Notes under the pieces: model-generated
Told to the model about the DNA's origin: nothing
Seen by the model: the letters and a program-made list of their open reading frames with translations, nothing else
Database searches by the model: none
Made by a program: the position numbers and the translations under genes
Shown: positions 57,032 through 64,000 of the stretch, piece after piece
Position numbering within the stretch: the stretch's first letter is position 1
Layout: each line of letters begins with the position of its first letter
Virus record (IMG/VR): IMGVR_UViG_3300034520_000378
Direction: 5' to 3' (one strand)
DNA: 64,000 bases
Source: a virus

Positions 57032-57310
57032 ATGAGAAAGAACGAGCTTATTTCCACTATTGCAAGCCTAACTGGTAGGGAGAAGAAGGTTGTGCGCGAG
57101 GTGCTCAATACGTTTGTGGACGTTGTACGTCAGTCCGTGCGCCAGGGGGCGAAGGTGCGCATTGCCGGGCTGGGCACATTTGCTACCGTTGACAGGCCTG
57201 CACGCAGGTACAAAAACCCCATCACCGGAGGCGACGTGATGGTTCCCCCTGGCAAGCGCGTGAAGTTTTCACCAAGTGCTGACTTTAAAAGCTACGTTAA
57301 CAATGCCTGA
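57032..57310 (+). CDS. HU DNA-binding protein
   Basis: MRKNELI..IA, GLGTF, RPARRYKNPITG, VKFSPS. Confidence 0.9.
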   Translation: MRKNELISTIASLTGREKKVVREVLNTFVDVVRQSVRQGAKVRIAGLGTFATVDRPARRYKNPITGGDVMVPPGKRVKFSPSADFKSYVNNA

Positions 57311-57372
57311 TGAACCGAGCCGGGTATAACGCCCGGCTCTATGTATCTTAACTATCAAGGAGGGCGATTGAC

Positions 57373-57792
57373 ATGCGTTGGTCAGATATGTCTACGATCG
57401 AGCTTTTGCAGCTCTACGAGTCTGCACGCCAGGTAATAAACAGTGACTGCTACGGTATATCGGACATATCGATTATTGCAGGTGTCGAGGCGGAGCTGAA
57501 GCGCCGTGCCAAATCCGTCGTTGATGAGGCCAAAGCACTAATTCACGAGGTAAAAGCTGGTATTGAGCAGGAGTTTTACCGTATCCTAGATACACAGCCG
57601 CATGAGATGGCTGTTAACAAAGCCTTTGAGCTCATGCTGGAGGCCTCTGCTCTTGCAGAGGGATACTACACCCAGGATGACATTGTTCTGGCCGTGCGCG
57701 AGTTCCTGCGTCAAGCAGTTGAGGCATGGGTTGAAACGCAGATTCAAGGGGGGCGCATGAGTGATTCGTCTAATGGATGTAGTAGTTACTAA
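57373..57792 (+). CDS. hypothetical protein
   Basis: AAGGAGGG RBS. Confidence 0.65.
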   Translation: MRWSDMSTIELLQLYESARQVINSDCYGISDISIIAGVEAELKRRAKSVVDEAKALIHEVKAGIEQEFYRILDTQPHEMAVNKAFELMLEASALAEGYYTQDDIVLAVREFLRQAVEAWVETQIQGGRMSDSSNGCSSY

Positions 57793-57849
57793 CTTATAAG
57801 TTATTTACTCATGAGTTAGTAACACATCCAGGCTTAATGGAGGTGAACA

Positions 57850-58608
57850 GTGATGGGTCTTGTTTTGAGCATAATCCCAACAGATGAAACCTTGATCGGT
57901 ATTATCAAGCGCTTGAACGAGTCGTATCCTCATAAAGGCAGCAGCTGCATGCTTATAGCCAAACAGATCAAAGAGCGCGACTATATAGGCGCTGCTACTA
58001 CGTTTGCTCTGTCATTTGCACAGCTTGGAGATGATGACGACTTGCCCAAGGTACTAGCGGCGCTGGCGGAGAAGCAGTATGACAGCGACCAAGTACTCAT
58101 GTCTCTGTACGATATTCTTGGAGACTTGACTGAGGAGGGTGACGACTTTCAGCTCAACGAGACTAGCGACAGCTTTGGTTCATACCGTTCAGTGCACTAC
58201 TTCCGCTCGTTTGCTGCACACACGCTTGACCTGTGGTGCCGTGCCGGCAGGCTATCCCTGGAAGACGGCCTGCAGCTGCTGAAAACCTCGCAGGACGCAC
58301 CACTGGTTTACGACTCTATCATGTGTCCTCATCTTACCGAGCATTCCGATTGTGATGGCTACTACTTCCCTATTTACACCAAATACCCCATCAATCCGGT
58401 GTTTGGTTCGCTGTATGGTTTGGCGGAAGAGCTTGTGCTGCTTTACCGGACGGGCATATTCGGCATTCTGTCCTCGCTCAAGGAGCGCAGGCTGGGTTTT
58501 GACGCTTATCTCCTTGACTATATAGGGTTCATTCTAACACGGTATGTAATGCTTGTGCGGTTTGTTGTGACTGCCCTTGAGTTTGATGATACCATCGTAT
58601 TCTGCTGA
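57850..58608 (+). CDS. hypothetical protein
   Basis: GGAGGTG RBS; HL..HSDCDGYYFP motif. Confidence 0.7.
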   Translation: MMGLVLSIIPTDETLIGIIKRLNESYPHKGSSCMLIAKQIKERDYIGAATTFALSFAQLGDDDDLPKVLAALAEKQYDSDQVLMSLYDILGDLTEEGDDFQLNETSDSFGSYRSVHYFRSFAAHTLDLWCRAGRLSLEDGLQLLKTSQDAPLVYDSIMCPHLTEHSDCDGYYFPIYTKYPINPVFGSLYGLAEELVLLYRTGIFGILSSLKERRLGFDAYLLDYIGFILTRYVMLVRFVVTALEFDDTIVFC

Positions 58609-58618
58609 AGGAGGTTGA

Positions 58619-58960
58619 GTGTTGATGTCCAATGTGGTGCTCAAACCAATTCCTGAGCTTACCGAAACCAATCCTGCCGCCAGGCTGGTAGAGTTTTATG
58701 CGAAGCTCGGCTGGAACATGGAGGATCAACTGGATCCAACCAGGGTTAGGATGTGGCGCGACGACCTAAACGCGCTGATGGCTGCTGAGACCGAGCATGC
58801 CAAGCGCGTGCTCACTGACCCGGGCTCTAACCCCGTCTTGCTTGTGGGATTCCTTTGGGCCAGCAAGGGACCGAGTGCAGACGGCGTCACACCCGGCAAG
58901 GTTGAGCTGCATCCCGGTTGGACTATACCGGTAACCAAGAAACAGGAGGTGTCTGCATAA
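58619..58960 (+). CDS. hypothetical protein
   Basis: AAGGAGG RBS. Confidence 0.65.
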   Translation: MLMSNVVLKPIPELTETNPAARLVEFYAKLGWNMEDQLDPTRVRMWRDDLNALMAAETEHAKRVLTDPGSNPVLLVGFLWASKGPSADGVTPGKVELHPGWTIPVTKKQEVSA

Positions 58961-59322
58961 TGGCATATCAACCAGTGTTTGTCACTATAACCGATGTTAA
59001 CGGCACGAGGCAGTCGTATTCCTGCAGGAAAAAAGTGACATGGGTTGACACGTGCATTAACTTTTCCTCTGGAGCCCGTATCGAGGTAAGCTCTTCGTAC
59101 GGCGATGAAATGTCTAGTGATGTTCCAAGTATATCTATACAGAGAAATAACAGAGGCGGGCCTGTATCACTGGATATTTCCGGATTACTTGGTACTGATA
59201 CGGAGCTCTACTTAGGTGATGCGAAGGTAAATATGAGAGAGCTTGCCAGAGACCCGCAGACGGCACTGGCCAAGCTGGTTGCGCAATATCTGGAACAATG
59301 CGCTCAAGCTCGTGTCTCATAG
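58960..59322 (+). CDS. hypothetical protein
   Basis: TAATG overlap, GGAGGTG RBS. Confidence 0.6.
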   Translation: MAYQPVFVTITDVNGTRQSYSCRKKVTWVDTCINFSSGARIEVSSSYGDEMSSDVPSISIQRNNRGGPVSLDISGLLGTDTELYLGDAKVNMRELARDPQTALAKLVAQYLEQCAQARVS

Positions 59323-59353
59323 TATTGACATTATGAGTCTTATTAGATACAAT
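59312..59353 (+). promoter_or_regulatory. sigmaA promoter with upstream GTGTCTC box
   Basis: GTGTCTCA then TTGACA-N17-TACAAT. Confidence 0.75.
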
Positions 59354-59382
59354 TAGTATAGTACAGGAAAGGGGGTGTCGAG

Positions 59383-61386
59383 GTGTCTACTGCTGCCGCA
59401 GCGGCACTCGACCGGTTTCAACAGCAGGCAGTAGAAGCGCCGATCGATCAGCACGTGCTCGTCACCGCTCCGCCGGGCAGCGGTAAAACCCGTGTGCTCA
59501 CGCACCGCTATCTGTACCTTGTCCAAAACGCTGGTATCCCCGCTGAATCGATAGTAGCTGTAACCTTTACAAACAAGGCAGCTAATGAGATGAAGCAGCG
59601 CATATCCTCCGTCCTTGGTTTGGATGATGTAAGTAAACTACCGATTGCCACCTTCCACTCCCTTGCCTACCGCTGGTTGCGCAGGTATCACAATGTTGTC
59701 GATCTACCGAGCACGCTGACAGTGTTTGACGAAAGCAAGACGCGCAAGGTGATACGCGAGATTGTGCAGGACACTCCGTACGATACTGATATACTCTGCG
59801 CTGCTATCTCCTATCTTGCCAACCAGGGCATGTTTCCGGGATATGACACAGGCTTTTTTGACTGGTCCGGCTTTGAAGAGCGCTACCGCGGCATAGACAA
59901 ATACCAGATGCTTTCGATATACCGTGAGTTCTTCGACCGGATGCTCAAGCTGCGAGCCCTCAGCTTTGACATGCTCATCCTTTACGCCATCCGTCTGTTT
60001 GAAAGAAAGACGAGTGCAGAGATGCACATATCGCACGTCCTGGTTGATGAGTGCCAAGACATAAATCCCGCACAGTATGAGCTTTTGAGGCAGATGGCAG
60101 CTGGTGGTGCCCTGCTTTATCTAACAGGTGACATAGACCAAAGCCTGTACGGCTTTCGCGGCAGCCGCCCCGAGCTGATAGAGGACTTTGTGCAGGAGTT
60201 CCAGCCGCAGCAGTACAGGCTGGTATACAACTACCGCTCTGGTGCCGAGATAGTCAACGTTGCTTCGGATGTTATACGCGTTAACTATCTTGGCAGCAAC
60301 AGCAAGATCCAATTTAAGCCTATACAACCAGTGAAGGACGGCGGTCTGGTGCGCTGGTTTAACATAGTATGCGATGGCGACCAACCCATTTCCTCTGCCA
60401 AGCTCATTGCGGACACTCTGACGCTGCTTGTCCACAGCGGCGGCTATAAACCTGGTGATATAGCGGTGCTGTCCCGCGCATCCAGGCCTATCATCTCGAT
60501 GCTGGACGAGGTGATACGTGAGCTTGCAAAGTATGCGGCACAATCCGAGACCGATCAGATCCCTGTACGGCTCGTACTGCCGCGCTATCCACTTGATGAC
60601 GCAGCAAAGTCGTTCATCCTGTTTGCTGCCAATCCCCACGATGTTGTCAGCCTTCGTGATTTGCTTGAAAGGTTGAAGTTTATTGGCGAGAAGACCGCTG
60701 CACGGCTGGCAAACAAGTATGCACGCTCGCCAGTGGATAGTATCACTGATCTACCGGCGGTATTCAGAGGCGACCTGGTCAAGGGACTATCCAAGCGCAC
60801 CAGGAAGGTGCTAGACGTTCTGGCGGACGCGTTTGACAAGATAGCCGATACAACCAAGCCGCTTTCGGAGCGTGTGTACGACTCCACACTCGAGCTGCTC
60901 TACATCCTCAAGGATGCGTCCGAGGATGACACGTCCATTGCTTTAGCCATTGAGCTTGCAGAGCAGTACAATGGCTCAGCGACGGACTTGCTCGACCTTG
61001 CTTCAATGCTTAATCTCGTCTATTCGACATACGAGGATGCCAAGGCCGGCAAAACCGACTCGGTAGTCTTTTCCACCATCCACTCAGCCAAGGGGCTGGA
61101 GTACAAGGTGGTGGTTATACTCGAGTTCCCGCGCAGCAGCTTCCTGCTCAACTCGATGGATCTAACAGAGGAGCGCAGAGTGTTTTATGTGGCCGTCACT
61201 CGCGCGATAGAGCGCGCCTATATCATCTCGTTCTATCCCAAATCGTTCTTCCTAGATGACGACTTCATTATAACCGACGTACAGCATCCAAACCTGGTAC
61301 GTGAATTCCTTATGCTCACAGACGTTGAGCCCGTGCACATCGAGAGTGACTTTGAGTTTACTATTGCACTCTCTGCAGAGCTGTAA
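59383..61386 (+). CDS. UvrD/PcrA-like SF1 DNA helicase
   Basis: PGSGKTRVL, TFTNKAA, TFHS, VDECQD, GDIDQSLYGFRG, NYRS, STIHSAKGLE, YVAVTRA. Confidence 0.93.
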   Translation: MSTAAAAALDRFQQQAVEAPIDQHVLVTAPPGSGKTRVLTHRYLYLVQNAGIPAESIVAVTFTNKAANEMKQRISSVLGLDDVSKLPIATFHSLAYRWLRRYHNVVDLPSTLTVFDESKTRKVIREIVQDTPYDTDILCAAISYLANQGMFPGYDTGFFDWSGFEERYRGIDKYQMLSIYREFFDRMLKLRALSFDMLILYAIRLFERKTSAEMHISHVLVDECQDINPAQYELLRQMAAGGALLYLTGDIDQSLYGFRGSRPELIEDFVQEFQPQQYRLVYNYRSGAEIVNVASDVIRVNYLGSNSKIQFKPIQPVKDGGLVRWFNIVCDGDQPISSAKLIADTLTLLVHSGGYKPGDIAVLSRASRPIISMLDEVIRELAKYAAQSETDQIPVRLVLPRYPLDDAAKSFILFAANPHDVVSLRDLLERLKFIGEKTAARLANKYARSPVDSITDLPAVFRGDLVKGLSKRTRKVLDVLADAFDKIADTTKPLSERVYDSTLELLYILKDASEDDTSIALAIELAEQYNGSATDLLDLASMLNLVYSTYEDAKAGKTDSVVFSTIHSAKGLEYKVVVILEFPRSSFLLNSMDLTEERRVFYVAVTRAIERAYIISFYPKSFFLDDDFIITDVQHPNLVREFLMLTDVEPVHIESDFEFTIALSAEL

Positions 61387-61409
61387 AACTACAAAGGAGG
61401 TGCCCTAGC

Positions 61410-61988
61410 TTGATGGAGCTTACTCCTGAGTTTAGGCAACAGTATGTCGAAGTGGTTGAGGGGCGCGACTTCATCAAGTACGACGGCTTGATGGAGCTCG
61501 CTCACGATCACATTGCAAGCATTGAGGTTGAGCTGATTGCCCTTCCTGCCGTTACAAACCTCAACACAGCGGTGGTGAAAGCCACCATCACTGATACCGA
61601 TGGACGCAAGTGGTCGGCGCTTGGTGATGCGTCCGACACGACTTGCGCGCCCGAGCTTGCACCGCACAAGATACGCATTGCGGAAACGCGTGCCAAAGGG
61701 CGTGCGTTGAGGGACATGCTCAACATCGGCATGCCGATGTACGAGGAAGTCTTCCCCACACCGTCACAACAGACCTCTGTCGACGACAACGCGCCTATAA
61801 CGCTTGAGCAGATAGCCCGGTTCAAGCAGTTTATAGACGCCGGGCTCATGACGAAGGACGAGGCGCGCGACATCATGGTCAAAGCCGTGAACAAGGAAAG
61901 CTTGAACCAGTTAACCAGAGCAGAGGCAGATGCGCTGCTTAAAACCTTCACTCTGTATGTGGAGTCAAAAAGGAGCAGGGTCTCTTGA
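61410..61988 (+). CDS. putative single-strand annealing protein
   Basis: A.VKATI...G.A....AETRAKGRALR pattern; adjacent to helicase. Confidence 0.5.
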   Translation: MMELTPEFRQQYVEVVEGRDFIKYDGLMELAHDHIASIEVELIALPAVTNLNTAVVKATITDTDGRKWSALGDASDTTCAPELAPHKIRIAETRAKGRALRDMLNIGMPMYEEVFPTPSQQTSVDDNAPITLEQIARFKQFIDAGLMTKDEARDIMVKAVNKESLNQLTRAEADALLKTFTLYVESKRSRVS

Positions 61989-62632
61989 ACCTTGTCGTCA
62001 AAATCCTGCTCCCCATTCTCATCTTAATCCTTCTGTTTGCCTCTGCTCGATCCTGTCCTGCACCGCCCGCTAAACGCAGTACAACTGTTGTAACTAACAA
62101 CGTGCCAGCCAGCAGCGGTGCAGACAGGACCGATGGAGGAGCCGAGACTGACGAGAAAGCCGAGCCTGACGAGAAAGCCGAGCCTGACGAGAAAGCCGAG
62201 CCTGACGAGAAAGCTGAGACTGATGAGCCGAGCTGTACAGTTACAGTTTCGCCAGCGCCACAGGTCAGCAAGGCAGATGTCTCATCCCGTCACGCGGATG
62301 AGCACAAGTCCAAGCCAGACCTGGTGGCGCAGTTCACGGTTACAGCCTATACGGCACATGATGCAGGTATGGATGGGCGCGGTATCACAGCTACCGGTAC
62401 AAAAGCTACGTATGGGCGTACGATAGCAGTCGATCCGCGCCTTATCCCCTACGGCTCCAAGGTGTATATCCCCGCGCTCCAAGACTGGCCCAATAAAGGC
62501 TGGTTCATAGCCGAGGACACCGGTGGGGCCATCAAGGGATACAAGCTGGACATCTTTATTCCGGACAGAGGTGCTGCACTACGGTTCGGCAGACAGCGCC
62601 TGGAAGCACACGTATACAAACCTAAGGACTAG
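61985..62632 (+). CDS. secreted 3D-domain cell-wall protein
   Basis: signal/TM; VTAY, TATG, IAVDPRLIPYGS, AEDTGGAIKG..LDIF. Confidence 0.88.
   Translation: MNLVVKILLPILILILLFASARSCPAPPAKRSTTVVTNNVPASSGADRTDGGAETDEKAEPDEKAEPDEKAEPDEKAETDEPSCTVTVSPAPQVSKADVSSRHADEHKSKPDLVAQFTVTAYTAHDAGMDGRGITATGTKATYGRTIAVDPRLIPYGSKVYIPALQDWPNKGWFIAEDTGGAIKGYKLDIFIPDRGAALRFGRQRLEAHVYKPKD
62141..62227 (+). repeat. 18-bp in-frame tandem repeat (~4.8 copies, AEPDEK)
   Basis: GCCGAGCCTGACGAGAAA units. Confidence 0.9.
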
Positions 62633-62642
62633 GAGGGTATTT

Positions 62643-63095
62643 ATGGCTGAAACTCAGTATCCAAGATTCGAGCTTGTATCAAACGCACGGCCGGGCGCCA
62701 AGCTTCCCACCAGAGCAGATACCGGCAGTGCCGGCTATGACTTCTATCTTCCGGAAGACGTGGTGCTAAAGGCTGGCGAGGTAACTCTGGTCTTCACCGA
62801 TGTTAAGGCTTATATGCCCAAGAACATGGTACTACTGATAACGATCAGGAGCTCGCTGGCAAAGCAGGGCATACTCATTGCTAACGCACCCGGTGTGGTT
62901 GATGCAACGTACTACAACAATCCCACAAACGAGGGCAATATAGGTCTCCTGCTCTTCAATACCAACTCTGATGATGTGTTCCTTAGTGCAGGGACCAGGG
63001 TGGCCCAGGGGATATTTGCAGAGTACTACCTTGCTTCAAATGACAGTACTCTAAATGACGCAAGAACCGGCGGGTTTGGATCCTCAGGTGCATGA
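62643..63095 (+). CDS. dut: trimeric dUTPase
   Basis: SAGYD, RSS, GVVDATY, RVAQG, RTGGFGSSG. Confidence 0.93.
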   Translation: MAETQYPRFELVSNARPGAKLPTRADTGSAGYDFYLPEDVVLKAGEVTLVFTDVKAYMPKNMVLLITIRSSLAKQGILIANAPGVVDATYYNNPTNEGNIGLLLFNTNSDDVFLSAGTRVAQGIFAEYYLASNDSTLNDARTGGFGSSGA

Positions 63096-63102
63096 TATTG
63101 CG

Positions 63103-63385
63103 GTCAACCACCCCCGACTGAAGTCGGAGACATGTAGGCCTCGTGGTTGACCAGCCTGAGTACCTGACCCGAAGGACAAGGGGATGATGGTACTACGTTG
63201 GCAGCAGGTCAAAGACCCACTCCGGGATGCTCCTCCAGTCCCGGACTCTGGAAGTGCCGGTTGCAGACAACCTTCGGGGTGTGGGCGAAACGGACCGGCA
63301 CAAGTGCCGGTTGCCAACATTGGCGAGGAGGGCGCCGGGGAGAGTCCGCCCCGGCGCGTCACCAGGCCCGTAAGGGTACTCCGAA
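63103..63385 (+). ncRNA. omega-RNA (HEARO-type) scaffold of IscB element; 3' limit approximate
   Basis: GTCAACCACCCC..GGTTGACCAGCCTGAG..CTACGTT..GGATGCTCCTCCAGTCC..AACATTGGCGAGG directly before iscB. Confidence 0.85.
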
Positions 63386-63398
63386 AGGAGTGGTGTAT

Positions 63399-64000
63399 AT
63401 GGTCTTTGTTTTGGACAAACACAAGAGACCACTGATGCCCTGTACTGAGAAGCGTGCCAGGTTGTTGCTGCGTCGCGGTAGGGCAGTGGTGCATAGGGTA
63501 CAACCATTCACCATTCGTTTGAAGGATAGAACAGTAGAACAAAGTCAACTTCAGCCACTGCGTCTCAAACTTGACCCAGGAGCGAAAGTTACAGGTGTAG
63601 CCGTATTACGAGAGGACAGCGAGGGTGAGGCTGAAACCGTATTGTTGGCCGAGATACACCACAAGACAAACATCAAGGCTAGCCTTGATACGCGCCGGGC
63701 CATCCGTCGTAGTCGCAGGAACCGCAAGACACGCTATCGCGAACCCCGGTTTCTGAACCGTAGGCGCTCGGAGGGGTGGCTACCGCCTTCACTCAAAGCT
63801 AGAGTTAATCAAACCTTGAGCGCAGTTAATAAACTCCTAAAGTTATTGCCGGTCACGGCTATTTCCACTGAACACGTTAAGTTTGACACTCAGAAGCTCC
63901 AGAACCCTGAGATTTCTGGTGTTGAATACCAGAGAGGTGCGCTCTTCGGTTATGAAATCAGAGAGTACCTCCTTGAAAAATGGGGTCGTAAATGTGCCTA
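63399..64000 (+). CDS. iscB: RNA-guided endonuclease IscB (truncated by window)
   Basis: manual translation MVFVLDKHKRPLMPC..LDPGAK..RRAIRRSRRNRKTRYR.PRFLNR..GWLPPSL..REYLLEKWGRKC. Confidence 0.93.
   Translation, partial: MVFVLDKHKRPLMPCTEKRARLLLRRGRAVVHRVQPFTIRLKDRTVEQSQLQPLRLKLDPGAKVTGVAVLREDSEGEAETVLLAEIHHKTNIKASLDTRRAIRRSRRNRKTRYREPRFLNRRRSEGWLPPSLKARVNQTLSAVNKLLKLLPVTAISTEHVKFDTQKLQNPEISGVEYQRGALFGYEIREYLLEKWGRKCA

Overview
A 64-kb stretch of a large tailed phage, prophage or phage-plasmid of a Clostridia-like Firmicute (strong GGAGG RBSs, sigmaA/sigmaH/sigma28 promoters; host lineage inferred). No integrase, capsid or large terminase is visible, so lifestyle cannot be fixed. The left arm (1-13.6 kb, minus strand) holds virion-type genes, then a cargo block: flagellin with a consensus sigma28 promoter, a short CsrA, a Type ISP restriction-modification enzyme, a thermonuclease lipoprotein and a membrane protein. 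The right arm (14-64 kb, nearly all plus strand) holds small early genes and a replication/recombination/nucleotide module: two SSBs, an intein-containing SNF2 helicase, dNMP kinase, ThyX, RecA, a Sak4-like ATPase, a MoxR/VWA pair, GroES, tRNA-Trp, two HU proteins, UvrD, dUTPase, a PAAR protein and an amidase. dnaE is interrupted by four group I introns; removing them at the inferred splice sites gives one 1097-aa frame. Two introns carry homing endonucleases, one of them on the antisense strand. Other selfish elements are an IS607-type TnpB, an IscB with omega-RNA (cut by the window end) and two head-to-head group IIC intron remnants. Non-coding structure includes a TGTGTCTC box on six sigmaA promoters, a pair of palindromic 53-bp repeats, and a TGGAACGAACCA repeat cassette at two loci 32 kb apart.
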